Part shown: positions 1 to 9,568 of the stretch, piece after piece
How positions within the stretch are numbered: the stretch's first letter is position 1
Layout: each line of letters starts with the position of its first letter
DNA from: a virus
Length of the DNA stretch: 64,000 nt
Virus record (IMG/VR): IMGVR_UViG_3300032288_004022
Coordinates: 31,572 to 95,571 of that record
Strand: one strand, 5' to 3'
The notes under the pieces: model-generated
Database searches by the model: none
The model's input: the letters and a program-made list of their open reading frames with translations, nothing else
What the model was told of the DNA's origin: nothing
Made by a program: the position numbers and the translations under genes

Positions 1-327
1 TTGGGACAAAAACTTGGTGTCACAGAAAATCTTATTGCTCCCATGGCCATGCCAGTAACTACCGAAAGTGGCTCATGCAACATGACCATGGAAGGCGAGT
101 ATTGCCCCGAACACGGGCTTGCTGAATGTGGTTACATGGAAACAGCAGGTGACATGGGCTCTGGAGACATAGCACCAGTCATGGGAGAAGAAAAGCAAGA
201 AGCGTTTGTTAACAAACATCATGATGACCCAATGAACTACAATGCCGCAATCACTGGCAGTTACTACGAATCCCGGGAAGGCGATGCCACTTTGGCAAGA
301 ATAAAATCACTAGCTCTGCTCAGATAA
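1..327 (+). CDS. Hypothetical protein, 3' part only (runs off the window start)
   Basis: Open frame from the window edge to TAA; acidic, no recognised domain. Confidence 0.6.
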   Translation: MGQKLGVTENLIAPMAMPVTTESGSCNMTMEGEYCPEHGLAECGYMETAGDMGSGDIAPVMGEEKQEAFVNKHHDDPMNYNAAITGSYYESREGDATLARIKSLALLR

Positions 328-332
328 TATCC

Positions 333-902
333 TTGAAGGCACAACAAATACTAGAAACAGTTTGGGAAGTGGACAACTTCTTCCCAGACTTCCAACATGT
401 AAAAAGTCTATATAGAACCAGCCACACTCCTTGGCACAGTGAGTACCCCAATAGGCTGCTTACTCCCTACAGCAATACCCCCGATCTGCAAACTCAACTG
501 GACAAATTTCTGCCAGATATACAAAACATTGTTGGGCAAGAGTTGACAACACAAGTGGCGTATGCCAGTTTGGATCTGTCGGGCAGTCGTATCATGATGC
601 ATCGATTACATCCAGATATAAGATGTTTTGTGCAGGTGTGCATGAGCGACGCCGAGTGTGTTGAACTGGCAACACATTTTTGTATTGATGACGAGTTCAA
701 CGCCAACCACAATCAAGATTACGAAGCCATTGAAAAATTTAAATCTGGAAAACTGCAGGCAGTGAATTACCGGCCAAACACAGCCTATATTTTGCTGAAT
801 CACCCAAGAATATTCATGGGCACCAGAAACACAGTGCCACCAAACATGGCAAGAGAAACTGTGAATTTACATTTTGGCTTGCCATTGAAAACAAATACTT
901 GA
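333..902 (+). CDS. 2OG-Fe(II) oxygenase-like protein, metal site apparently degenerate
   Basis: Colinear similarity to the convergent neighbour (IVGQ.LT, LDL, QV, PNT.Y..LN, R..V...F) but no canonical HxD or distal His. Confidence 0.5.
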   Translation: MKAQQILETVWEVDNFFPDFQHVKSLYRTSHTPWHSEYPNRLLTPYSNTPDLQTQLDKFLPDIQNIVGQELTTQVAYASLDLSGSRIMMHRLHPDIRCFVQVCMSDAECVELATHFCIDDEFNANHNQDYEAIEKFKSGKLQAVNYRPNTAYILLNHPRIFMGTRNTVPPNMARETVNLHFGLPLKTNT

Positions 903-1394
903 TCTCCCCCCACCTGAACGAGGCAGAGCAAAGTGTATTTTTCTGTCTGTGTTCAAATTGATGTATCCGGTATTGGGCTCAAACGGAACAACAACATGTG
1001 GATACACGTGAGTAAAGGTAGTTCCAGGAACCGTATCCCCGTGTCGCCAAAGATACACTTGATATGTGATCAATAACAATTCAGCATCAACATGCCTGGG
1101 ACAATGAAAATCCGGTAAATCCAGCCACACTTTTGTATCCACAGTTGTTAAGGGCTGACCAACTATTTTCTCTATAGACTCAGTCAAATTATTGTGAAGA
1201 TTTTGAATTGCACCGTGTGATTTGCTTTCCGAAGACAACTCCAGACGGTACTCCAAACAATCCTGTGGCCGGGACCATATTTCATTGTGTGCTAGGTGCA
1301 ATTGACTCAGCCAATCCAATGTTGATTGATCGAAGCAGTTGGACACTGTCCAGAGATTGGGAGCTACGGGCTCACAGATTGAATGATCGTGCAT
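867..1394 (-). CDS. 2OG-Fe(II) oxygenase superfamily protein
   Basis: HVD ... H ... R-x-S pattern in a beta-rich DSBH-like sequence. Confidence 0.7.
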   Translation of the reverse strand: MHDHSICEPVAPNLWTVSNCFDQSTLDWLSQLHLAHNEIWSRPQDCLEYRLELSSESKSHGAIQNLHNNLTESIEKIVGQPLTTVDTKVWLDLPDFHCPRHVDAELLLITYQVYLWRHGDTVPGTTFTHVYPHVVVPFEPNTGYINLNTDRKIHFALPRSGGGRSSICFQWQAKM

Positions 1395-1399
1395 GCCAA

Positions 1400-1405
1400 T
1401 ATTTA
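1400..1405 (-). promoter_or_regulatory. Late-type promoter TAAATA
   Basis: TAAATA on the minus strand 5 nt before the ATG at 1394. Confidence 0.5.
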
Positions 1406-1444
1406 ACAGTATGGCAAAAAAATTTTAAATTTTGCTTGTGTTGC

Positions 1445-1450
1445 TAAATA
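1445..1450 (+). promoter_or_regulatory. Late-type promoter TAAATA upstream of the SSB gene
   Basis: CTAAATA in an intergenic region; the motif recurs before many genes. Confidence 0.5.
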
Positions 1451-1545
1451 GACTAGTATACAATACAACTTGTATGCACAGGCAACAAACATCTAAATTT
1501 TTAGATAGGCATATAACATAGGCAACTTTTTAAGGAGAATATACT

Positions 1546-2535
1546 ATGGCATCTTTAGCAGAAATTCGAGCACGACTACAGGCAGCAGAATCAAAAGGTG
1601 GGCAATCCACCGAACGCGGCGATAATTCAATTTATCCGCACTGGAACATGGAAGAAGGCCAATCGGCTACACTGCGCTTCCTCCCTGATGGTAACTCTAA
1701 AAACACTTTCTTTTGGCAAGAACGAGCAATGATTCGTTTGCCTTTCAACGGTATCAAAGGAGAGATGGAATCCAAACAAGTTATGGTACAAGTACCTTGC
1801 GTGGAAATGTGGGGTGAGGCATGTCCCATTCTAGCAGAAGTACGCACTTGGTTCAAGGACAAGAGCCTTGAAGAAATGGGTCGTAAGTACTGGAAGAAAC
1901 GCAGTTACATTTTCCAAGGCTTTGTTCGCGAAAACCCCTTGAGCGATGACAAAACACCCGACAATCCAATCCGTCGCTTTATCATTGGTCCTCAGATCTT
2001 TACCACCATCAAAGGTGCCTTGATGGATCCTGAACTGGAAGAATTGCCAACTGACTACCTGCGTGGTCTAGACTTCCGTATCAGCAAAGGTGCCAAAGGC
2101 GGTTTTGCTGACTACAATGGAAGCAAATGGGCACGTAAAGAGTCCGCATTGACCGAAGCAGAACAAGCCGCAGTTGATGCACATGGTTTGTTTGATTTGA
2201 GCACATTTTTGCCCAAAAAACCCACAGATGTTGAGTTGAAAGTTATCAAAGAGATGTTTGAAGCAAGTGTTGATGGCCAGCCATACGACACAGAGCGTTG
2301 GGGTCAATACTTCCGTCCTGCTGGCGTACAAGCACCTGCCGGTGCTACTTCGGCACCAGCCGCAGATGAAAATATTTCCGCTCCAGCAGCAAAACCAGCA
2401 CTCAAAGTAACTGCACCTGCAAGTGATTTTGATGATGAAGAAGTGCCAGCTGCTTCGGCACCAGTTGCGGCCGCAAAGCCAGCACAAAAGGCTGAAGATA
2501 TCTTGGCAATGATTCGCGCTAGACAACAAAAATAA
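1546..2535 (+). CDS. gp32: Single-stranded DNA-binding protein, T4 gp32-like
   Basis: LRFLP, CPI, YWKKRSY, DF.I.K..KGGFADY..S motifs, acidic/Ala-rich tail; AAGGAG RBS; next to uvsX/uvsY. Confidence 0.9.
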   Translation: MASLAEIRARLQAAESKGGQSTERGDNSIYPHWNMEEGQSATLRFLPDGNSKNTFFWQERAMIRLPFNGIKGEMESKQVMVQVPCVEMWGEACPILAEVRTWFKDKSLEEMGRKYWKKRSYIFQGFVRENPLSDDKTPDNPIRRFIIGPQIFTTIKGALMDPELEELPTDYLRGLDFRISKGAKGGFADYNGSKWARKESALTEAEQAAVDAHGLFDLSTFLPKKPTDVELKVIKEMFEASVDGQPYDTERWGQYFRPAGVQAPAGATSAPAADENISAPAAKPALKVTAPASDFDDEEVPAASAPVAAAKPAQKAEDILAMIRARQQK

Positions 2536-2544
2536 TCTAGTGTT

Positions 2545-2586
2545 ACGCACAGTGGGTCGAGCTCACTGTGCGTTCATATCTTTTCT
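2545..2586 (+). terminator. Stem-loop after the SSB gene (terminator or processing site)
   Basis: ACGCACAGTGGGT-CGA-GCTCACTGTGCGT followed by a pyrimidine-rich tract. Confidence 0.55.
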
Positions 2587-2601
2587 ATACATAGGTGATC
2601 T

Positions 2602-3657
2602 GTGGGCAAACCATTCGACGTAAGCAAATTTCGTAAAGAAATTACAAAAAGTATTGATGGCCTTTCAATAGGCTTTAACGATCCAACTGACTGGATCAGC
2701 ACTGGCAATTATGCCTTGAACTATTTGATCAGCGGCGACTTTAATCGTGGCATTCCTTTGGGCAAGGTCACTGTGTTTGCTGGTGACTCGGGCGCCGGCA
2801 AAAGCTACATCTGTAGTGGCAACATCATCAAACATGCACAAGAGCAAGGCATCTTTGTGGTGCTGATTGATTCAGAAAACGCATTAGACGAAGACTGGCT
2901 CAAGGCCTTGGGGGTGGACACCAGTGATGGCAAACTGCTCAAACTCAGTATGGCCATGATCGATGACGTAGCCAAGACTATCTCAACATTCATGAGTGAC
3001 TACAAAGGCCTAGCTGATGGCGAGCGCCCCAAGGTGTTGTTTGTTATTGACTCACTGGGCATGTTGCTGACCCCAACTGATATCAACCAGTTTGATTCGG
3101 GCGACCTCAAAGGTGATCTGGGTCGCAAGCCCAAGGCGCTGACTGCACTGGTTCGTAACTGTGTCAACATGTTTGGTAGCTACAATGTGGGCTTGGTGTG
3201 CACCAACCACACATACGCAAGTCAAGACATGTTTGACCCCGATGACAAGATTTCAGGCGGGCAGGGCTTCATTTATGCCAGCTCAATTGTGGTGGCCATG
3301 AAGAAGCTCAAACTCAAAGAAGACGAAGACGGCAACAAGATTTCCGATGTCATGGGCATTCGTGCTGCCTGCAAGGTCATGAAAACACGCTATGCCAAAC
3401 CCTTTGAAGGTGTGCAGGTCAAGATTCCTTACGAAACAGGCATGAGTCCTTATTCGGGTCTTGTAGACTTGATTGAGAAAAAAGGCATGCTCAAACGCGA
3501 AGGCAACAGCCTGGTGTTTACCACAAGCGATGGTGAGATCATCAAGAAGTTCCGCAAAGCCTGGGAAAAGAACGATGACAACTGCCTTGACACTGTAATG
3601 AAAGACTTTGCAAATCACAAAGACGAGGTAACTACAGTCGAGGAGGAAACCGAATGA
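2602..3657 (+). CDS. uvsX: RecA-like recombinase UvsX
   Basis: Walker A GDSGAGKS, IDSENA, VIDSLG, NHTY, SGG.G..Y motifs. Confidence 0.92.
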   Translation: MGKPFDVSKFRKEITKSIDGLSIGFNDPTDWISTGNYALNYLISGDFNRGIPLGKVTVFAGDSGAGKSYICSGNIIKHAQEQGIFVVLIDSENALDEDWLKALGVDTSDGKLLKLSMAMIDDVAKTISTFMSDYKGLADGERPKVLFVIDSLGMLLTPTDINQFDSGDLKGDLGRKPKALTALVRNCVNMFGSYNVGLVCTNHTYASQDMFDPDDKISGGQGFIYASSIVVAMKKLKLKEDEDGNKISDVMGIRAACKVMKTRYAKPFEGVQVKIPYETGMSPYSGLVDLIEKKGMLKREGNSLVFTTSDGEIIKKFRKAWEKNDDNCLDTVMKDFANHKDEVTTVEEETE

Positions 3658-3917
3658 GTGAAACTATCGCAGCAGAAATTTGGGGCGAGCTCAAGCGTTA
3701 CATAAACACTGTGGATCGCAATGAGGCTGCTGAAACTGTGGTTCAAATTTTAATGGACAACGACTCGGATGTTGACGATATTCGTGATGCCTTCAAGGGC
3801 GATTCGGATATCAAACGTGCATTGACTGCATACCTTGACAACGACAAGGACTATGCGGAAGAGGACGACGAAGAAGACGAAGACGAAGAGTACGAAGACG
3901 AAGACTGGGAAAACTAA
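3654..3917 (+). CDS. Hypothetical protein with a very acidic C-terminus
   Basis: ATGA-coupled to uvsX, GGAGG RBS. Confidence 0.75.
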   Translation: MSETIAAEIWGELKRYINTVDRNEAAETVVQILMDNDSDVDDIRDAFKGDSDIKRALTAYLDNDKDYAEEDDEEDEDEEYEDEDWEN

Positions 3918-4369
3918 TGTGGTATAGTCGCGTGGTCGCTGACCTCGGCAATATTCCAGATTTTATAGCACACTACGAGCGCGAGCTTGAGGACGCTAAA
4001 AAAGAATGTAAAATTAGCGGCTTAATTGAGCGCCATTTGAAAGAGTTGCCCGGCGCAACCGAGCAACGATTTTATCAGTTGCAGGAAATTGAAGCAGTGT
4101 TGAATTACCTCAATATTCAATTGCGTAAAATTCGCCGCCGCCATTTTCAAAAATATCTTGAAGCATATGCACGAGCTCTTACTAGTCGTGATGCTGAAAA
4201 ATATGTTGACGGTGAAGACGAAGTTGTTGACTTTGAAACAATCATCAACGAAGTGGCTCTGTTGCGCAATCGTTGGTTGGGCATTATGAAAGGCCTTGAA
4301 GCCAAGCAGTGGCAAATGGGGCACATTGTTCGACTGCGCACAGCCGGCATGGAAGATATTACAGTTTAA
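3917..4369 (+). CDS. uvsY: Recombination mediator UvsY-like
   Basis: Helical 150 aa with Y...LTSRDAEKYVDGE and K.LE.K.WQ motifs; follows uvsX. Confidence 0.8.
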   Translation: MWYSRVVADLGNIPDFIAHYERELEDAKKECKISGLIERHLKELPGATEQRFYQLQEIEAVLNYLNIQLRKIRRRHFQKYLEAYARALTSRDAEKYVDGEDEVVDFETIINEVALLRNRWLGIMKGLEAKQWQMGHIVRLRTAGMEDITV

Positions 4370-4376
4370 GGAAAAT

Positions 4377-5477
4377 ATGAGTTATTTGTTTACAAGTGAG
4401 TCGGTGAGTGAAGGACATCCCGACAAAGTGGCTGATGCCATCAGTGATGCTGTTCTTGATATCATCATGGAAAAGCAAGATCCTGCACTGCGTTGTGCAT
4501 GCGAAACCTTGGTTACCACCAATCGTGTTGTGATTGCTGGTGAATACAAAGGTGTTTTGCATGACCAAGAAGTTGAAAGTGCTGTGCGCAGAACCATTAA
4601 AAATATTGGCTATCAACAATCAGGATTTGATTGGAGCACAGTAGAGATAACCAATTTATTGCACGGACAATCAGCAGACATTGCCTTGGGCACAGACACA
4701 TTTGGTGCCGGCGATCAGGGCTTGATGTTTGGTTATGCCTGCGATGAAACTGAAAATCACATGCCCAGTGCAATTTACTGGAGTCATAGAATTGTAGAGA
4801 CTCTGACTCGAGTGCGGAAAAGCATGGCGCTGCCTTGGCTGGGGCCCGATGCCAAAAGCCAAGTAACATTTGAGTATGATGACAAAAATCGCCCAGTTCG
4901 AATTGCCAAAGTGGTTTGTAGCACACAGCATCACGAAGACACTGACATTGAAAGGGTTAGACAGTCAGTTGAATCTGTGATTCGCGGCATATTGCCTGAA
5001 AAATATGTTGATAATCGCACTGAGTTTTTTATCAATCCCACTGGTCGCTTTGTTATTGGCGGCCCTGATGGCGATACTGGGTTGACTGGTCGCAAGATCA
5101 TTGTTGACACCTATGGTGGATACAGCCCCCACGGCGGTGGCGCATTCTCGGGCAAAGATCCCACCAAGGTGGACAGATCGGCTGCTTATATGATGCGTTA
5201 TATCGCCAAGAATATTGTGGCTTCGGGTCAAGCGCCCCGGGCGACCTGTCAAATCAGTTACGCCATTGGTATGAAGGATCCCATGAGTTTCTATGTTGAA
5301 ACACCAGATCAAGACTTGAGTCGCCGACTCACGTTGAAAATTCAAGACCTGATTGACTTGACACCCATGGGCATTATTCGACATTTTGATCTATTCCGAC
5401 CCATCTACAGTTCTACAACTAACTATGGACATTTTGGTAAAGCAGATTTGCCCTGGGAAAAGATAGACCTGTTCTGA
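4377..5477 (+). CDS. metK: S-adenosylmethionine synthetase
   Basis: FTSESVSEGHPDK, GAGDQG, GGGAFSGKDPTKVDRS signatures; start moved to the ATG at 4377 (AAGGA RBS). Confidence 0.97.
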   Translation: MSYLFTSESVSEGHPDKVADAISDAVLDIIMEKQDPALRCACETLVTTNRVVIAGEYKGVLHDQEVESAVRRTIKNIGYQQSGFDWSTVEITNLLHGQSADIALGTDTFGAGDQGLMFGYACDETENHMPSAIYWSHRIVETLTRVRKSMALPWLGPDAKSQVTFEYDDKNRPVRIAKVVCSTQHHEDTDIERVRQSVESVIRGILPEKYVDNRTEFFINPTGRFVIGGPDGDTGLTGRKIIVDTYGGYSPHGGGAFSGKDPTKVDRSAAYMMRYIAKNIVASGQAPRATCQISYAIGMKDPMSFYVETPDQDLSRRLTLKIQDLIDLTPMGIIRHFDLFRPIYSSTTNYGHFGKADLPWEKIDLF

Positions 5478-5485
5478 ACCGCTTG

Positions 5486-5491
5486 TAAATA
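5486..5491 (+). promoter_or_regulatory. Late-type promoter TAAATA heading the glycosylation island
   Basis: TAAATA 5 nt before the ATG at 5497. Confidence 0.55.
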
Positions 5492-5496
5492 CAGGT

Positions 5497-6255
5497 ATGA
5501 AAATCGTACTTGTTACAGGTGGATTTGATCCACTACACTCTGGACACATCTCTTATCTCAATCATGCGGATCATTTAGGTGATCACTTGATCGTGGGTCT
5601 AAATTCAGATGAGTGGCTCTCACGTAAAAAAGGTCGTCCGTTCATGACTTGGCGTGAACGCATGGTTGTTCTAGACAACTTACACATGGTCGGCGAGGTA
5701 ATTGAGTTTGACGACAGAGATGGCACAGCCTGTGATGCCATACGCCGAGTTCGGGAAAAGTACCCCAACGATGAAATCATCTTTGCCAACGGAGGTGATC
5801 GTACAGCAAACAACATTCCAGAAATGGTGTTCAATGATGTGGAATTTGTGTTTGGTGTAGGTGGCGAAGATAAGAAAAACAGTAGTAGCTGGATTCTTGA
5901 AGATTGGAAAAAGCCCAAGACCGAACGTAGTTGGGGTTACTACCGTGTGTTACACGAAGTGGGTGCCAACACCAAACTCAAAGAGCTCACAGTACAGCCT
6001 AAGACTTGTTTGAGCATGCAACGACATGATCAACGTGCAGAGTTTTGGTTTGTGGCCGAAGGCACAGCCACAGTATACACCTTGGACCAAGCCAGCACAG
6101 ACATCGATGTCAAATGTCAGCTGGAAATGCATCAACATACTTTTATTAGTTGCAAGGAGTGGCACCAACTGTGTAACGAAACTGATCAGCCCTTGAAACT
6201 GATCGAAATTCAGTACGGTGAAAACTGTGTTGAGGAAGATATAGAACGCCGATGA
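5497..6255 (+). CDS. Cytidylyltransferase-like (HIGH) domain fused to a type II mannose-6-P isomerase-like cupin
   Basis: GGFDPLHSGH, GLNSD, ANGGDR; C-terminal R.WGYY, LSMQRH..RAEFW, EIQYG...EEDIER. Confidence 0.85.
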   Translation: MKIVLVTGGFDPLHSGHISYLNHADHLGDHLIVGLNSDEWLSRKKGRPFMTWRERMVVLDNLHMVGEVIEFDDRDGTACDAIRRVREKYPNDEIIFANGGDRTANNIPEMVFNDVEFVFGVGGEDKKNSSSWILEDWKKPKTERSWGYYRVLHEVGANTKLKELTVQPKTCLSMQRHDQRAEFWFVAEGTATVYTLDQASTDIDVKCQLEMHQHTFISCKEWHQLCNETDQPLKLIEIQYGENCVEEDIERR

Positions 6256-6938
6256 AAGCCATACCAGTTTATATTGGCTACGATCCTCGTGAGGCCATTG
6301 CCTATCATACCTGTGTCAACAGCATCATAAGAAACGCCAGTCAGCCAGTGGCCATCATACCTGTGGCCTTGAATTTGTTTGGCGACTACAGCGAAACTCA
6401 CACCGATGGCAGCAACCACTTTATCTACACTAGATTTCTAGTTCCCTATCTTCAAGAATACACAGGTCATGCCATATTCATTGACGGCGACATGATTGTG
6501 CGTGGTGATATTGCAGAACTTTGGAACTTGCGCGACTTATACAAGGATGTTCAAGTGGTCAAACATGACTACAAAACTCGAATGCCTGTGAAATATCTTG
6601 GTTCAAGGAACGAAGACTACCCTAGGAAAAATTGGAGCAGTGTGATATTATGGAACTGCAACAGTTACCCTAATCGAAAACTCACTCCAGAATTTGTTCA
6701 ACGAGCCACAGGTGCTGAACTTCATCGCTTCTCGTGGCTGGATGATGATCGCATAGGCGAGTTACCACCTGAATGGAATTGGTTGCCCGATGAATACGGG
6801 TCAAACCCCGCGGCCAAGCTCTTGCACTATACCTTGGGCACTCCATGCTTTCATGAGTTCGCCGACACCCCCATGGCGGATGAGTGGCACCGTGAGCGCA
6901 TGCTTACTGAGTATTGTTTGCAACACAACTCTCAATGA
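6252..6938 (+). CDS. GT-A fold glycosyltransferase (GT8-like)
   Basis: IGYDPRE, F.YTRFLVP, FIDGD (DxD), YPRKNWSS, HYTLGTP. Confidence 0.8.
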   Translation: MKAIPVYIGYDPREAIAYHTCVNSIIRNASQPVAIIPVALNLFGDYSETHTDGSNHFIYTRFLVPYLQEYTGHAIFIDGDMIVRGDIAELWNLRDLYKDVQVVKHDYKTRMPVKYLGSRNEDYPRKNWSSVILWNCNSYPNRKLTPEFVQRATGAELHRFSWLDDDRIGELPPEWNWLPDEYGSNPAAKLLHYTLGTPCFHEFADTPMADEWHRERMLTEYCLQHNSQ

Positions 6939-7729
6939 CCGACTGGATTTTTCTCAGTAAAAATTCCGAGGACGAATATATCAACATGTTTGCCCGTGGC
7001 TGCGGTGCAGAACCAGTTGCAGATTTTGATTATAATTCAACCAATCAGCCCATAGTTCTACGAGGCATACTCAAACACAAAATAATGAAACAGTGTTGGG
7101 TTGATTGTAGAGATTTCTATTACATTGATTCAGGGTATTTTGGTAACAATCCCAATCCGTTGAATCCCCAAGGATGGAAAGTGTGGCATAGAATTGTAAA
7201 AAACAATCTACAACATGGAGATATTGTTTTGCGTCCTGATGATAGGTGGAAACGGTTCAACATTGATCTACAGAAAAAACGCACAGGCTCAAAAATCATT
7301 GTGGCTGCACCTGATGAAAAACCCTGCAAGTTCTACGGCATAGATCAACAACAGTGGGTCACTGATACTGTAAACACCATTAAAAAATACACAGATCGTC
7401 CCGTGGTGGTCAGACAACGATCACCCAACAGAATAGATCGAATACAAAGTGATCCACTCAGCAAAGTGTTGCTGGATGATACACATGCCTTGGTCACTTT
7501 CAACAGCGTGGCCGCTGTTGAAAGTATATTACTGGGTGTGCCGGCATTTGCACTATCGCCCAGCCATGCTGCTGCACCGGTGGCCAATCAGGACCTAAGT
7601 CTAATAGAAACTCCGTATTGGCCAGATCAAGATAAATTATATGCATGGGCTTGTCATTTGGCCTATGGACAGTTTCATGTTTCGGAACTACAAAATGGCA
7701 CTGCTTATAGGATATTAAATGCTGGTTAA
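6935..7729 (+). CDS. Capsule-synthesis (KpsS/KpsC-like) GT-B glycosyltransferase paralogue 1
   Basis: RPVVVR, LVTFNS.AAVESILLGVP, LAYGQF...EL.NG shared with four paralogues. Confidence 0.6.
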   Translation: MTDWIFLSKNSEDEYINMFARGCGAEPVADFDYNSTNQPIVLRGILKHKIMKQCWVDCRDFYYIDSGYFGNNPNPLNPQGWKVWHRIVKNNLQHGDIVLRPDDRWKRFNIDLQKKRTGSKIIVAAPDEKPCKFYGIDQQQWVTDTVNTIKKYTDRPVVVRQRSPNRIDRIQSDPLSKVLLDDTHALVTFNSVAAVESILLGVPAFALSPSHAAAPVANQDLSLIETPYWPDQDKLYAWACHLAYGQFHVSELQNGTAYRILNAG

Positions 7730-8660
7730 AGTCTTTTTGGAAACCGCTGGAAATTTTGAAGAACGAGAAATTCTCACCAAGTTCTACAACGGCATTGTCA
7801 ACGCTGCCAATAACAATACACAAGCCGCACTGGGTCTGTATAATTCATACAGCCCATGCGACGTAGGAGTTATACTGGGTAGTTGGAAACCTCGAGATAA
7901 AAATCATCACAATGTACGCAACGATATTGTGGAAAATGTCTCAACGTTTATTGTGATTGAAACTCCGTTGCTTGGCAGAGTGGTCAATCAACAAAACACT
8001 CAACATAGAATTGGTATCAACGGGTTTCTGAATCAAAGCGGAATATTCAATCACGGCAATCACAATGACAGCAGAGTAAAAAAACTTGGAATCGAGTGGA
8101 ACGGATGGAAGCATGATCCCAACGGACATATTCTTCTCATGTTACAGTTGCCTGGTGATGCAAGTCTACGCGGAATCAACTTGTATGAATGGGTTGATTA
8201 TGCAATTAAAAAAATTAGATCAGTGACCGATCGCCCCATTGTGATTAGAACTCATCCGGCACATGGTATTAAAAATTCAGACGAATTTCATAATCTTGTG
8301 TCGTCGGTCGCGCTGTCAAGTCTTAAATCTAATATATCTTTTAGCATAGGCAGACACAAATCGTTTGAGGATGATGTGTTGGGGGCGTATTGTTCAGTGG
8401 CCTACTCCAGCGGCAGTAGTATCGACAGTGTATTGCATGGCATACCCACAGTGGCTGTTGATCCGGGAAATTTTGCATGGGACATATCAACCAACTATCT
8501 TGATGAAATTGAAACTGTCAAACTGGCCACACAAGATGAAATCAATCAGTGGTTAAACAATTTGAGCTACAGTCAATGGTCTCCTGAGGAAATGTACAAC
8601 GGAACAGCATGGAAGCATCTAGCATCAATGATAAGACGAATTGCCAATAATAAAAAATGA
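7719..8660 (+). CDS. Capsule-synthesis-like glycosyltransferase paralogue 2
   Basis: LQLPGDAS, RPIVIRTHP, AYSSGSSIDSVLHGIP, SQWSPEEMYNG. Confidence 0.65.
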   Translation: MLVKVFLETAGNFEEREILTKFYNGIVNAANNNTQAALGLYNSYSPCDVGVILGSWKPRDKNHHNVRNDIVENVSTFIVIETPLLGRVVNQQNTQHRIGINGFLNQSGIFNHGNHNDSRVKKLGIEWNGWKHDPNGHILLMLQLPGDASLRGINLYEWVDYAIKKIRSVTDRPIVIRTHPAHGIKNSDEFHNLVSSVALSSLKSNISFSIGRHKSFEDDVLGAYCSVAYSSGSSIDSVLHGIPTVAVDPGNFAWDISTNYLDEIETVKLATQDEINQWLNNLSYSQWSPEEMYNGTAWKHLASMIRRIANNKK

Positions 8661-9568
8661 AAGTGGCAGTTTATCATCGCAGTGTGCCCAATGCAAAAAA
8701 TCAGGAAAAGATCGATGTGTTACGATATTTTGCACAAGGAGTTCAATGCACTGGAGACCAACTGATTGATGTGCAAGATTACAGTTATCAGGCATCGCAG
8801 GTGGGAGTCATACAGGGTTGGATTGGACCTGCAAAAGTCACCAGTCAACATCAGCAATTGAGAAACACTGTTATAAACAACCAGATACAATTCAACAAGT
8901 ATGTGGTGGCTATTGACAGTAATTTGTTCTTGTATGCCACACCCGGAAACCCTGACCACTATCTTCGATACAGTTTCAATGGTGTATTCCCTAACACCGG
9001 CATCTACTGTGACACCACAGTGGATCCTGTAAGATGGCAAAAAATCAGTGCAACATTAAATATCAGATTAAAAGATTATAGAACACAAGGCAATCATATC
9101 TTGTTGTGTCTTCAACGCAATGGTGGGTGGAGCATGGGAAATTATGACGTGATTGCTTGGTCACACAATACCATTGCTGAACTTAGAAAGCACACCAACA
9201 GGCCCATTGTGATCCGTGCGCATCCAGGAGACAAAGCAGCCAGAGTGTATGTGAACAGTATCACAGGGCCCGGTGTAACAATCAGTGGAAATGCCAATCT
9301 TGCAGATGATTTAAAAAATTGTTGGGCAGTGGTCAATCACAATTCCAGCCCAGTAGTGGGCGCAGCCATTGAAGGTTACCCAATTTTTGTGACTGACACT
9401 GCTCGTAGTCAATGCAGAGAGATTGCCAATACTGATTTATCCATGATTGAAAATCCACAGTTGCCGGATAGACAATCTTGGATCAATCGAATTTCGATGT
9501 TTCATTGGAATTTTGAAGAACTAAAATCTGGCCAGTGTTGGCAACACATGCGAAGATATATAATGTGA
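8657..9568 (+). CDS. Capsule-synthesis-like glycosyltransferase paralogue 3
   Basis: RPIVIRAHP, VVNHNSSPVVGAAIEGYP, HWNFEELKSG. Confidence 0.65.
   Translation: MKVAVYHRSVPNAKNQEKIDVLRYFAQGVQCTGDQLIDVQDYSYQASQVGVIQGWIGPAKVTSQHQQLRNTVINNQIQFNKYVVAIDSNLFLYATPGNPDHYLRYSFNGVFPNTGIYCDTTVDPVRWQKISATLNIRLKDYRTQGNHILLCLQRNGGWSMGNYDVIAWSHNTIAELRKHTNRPIVIRAHPGDKAARVYVNSITGPGVTISGNANLADDLKNCWAVVNHNSSPVVGAAIEGYPIFVTDTARSQCREIANTDLSMIENPQLPDRQSWINRISMFHWNFEELKSGQCWQHMRRYIM

Noticed and set aside
3855-3908. GAAGAC repeats
   Set aside because: Encode the acidic tail of a small protein
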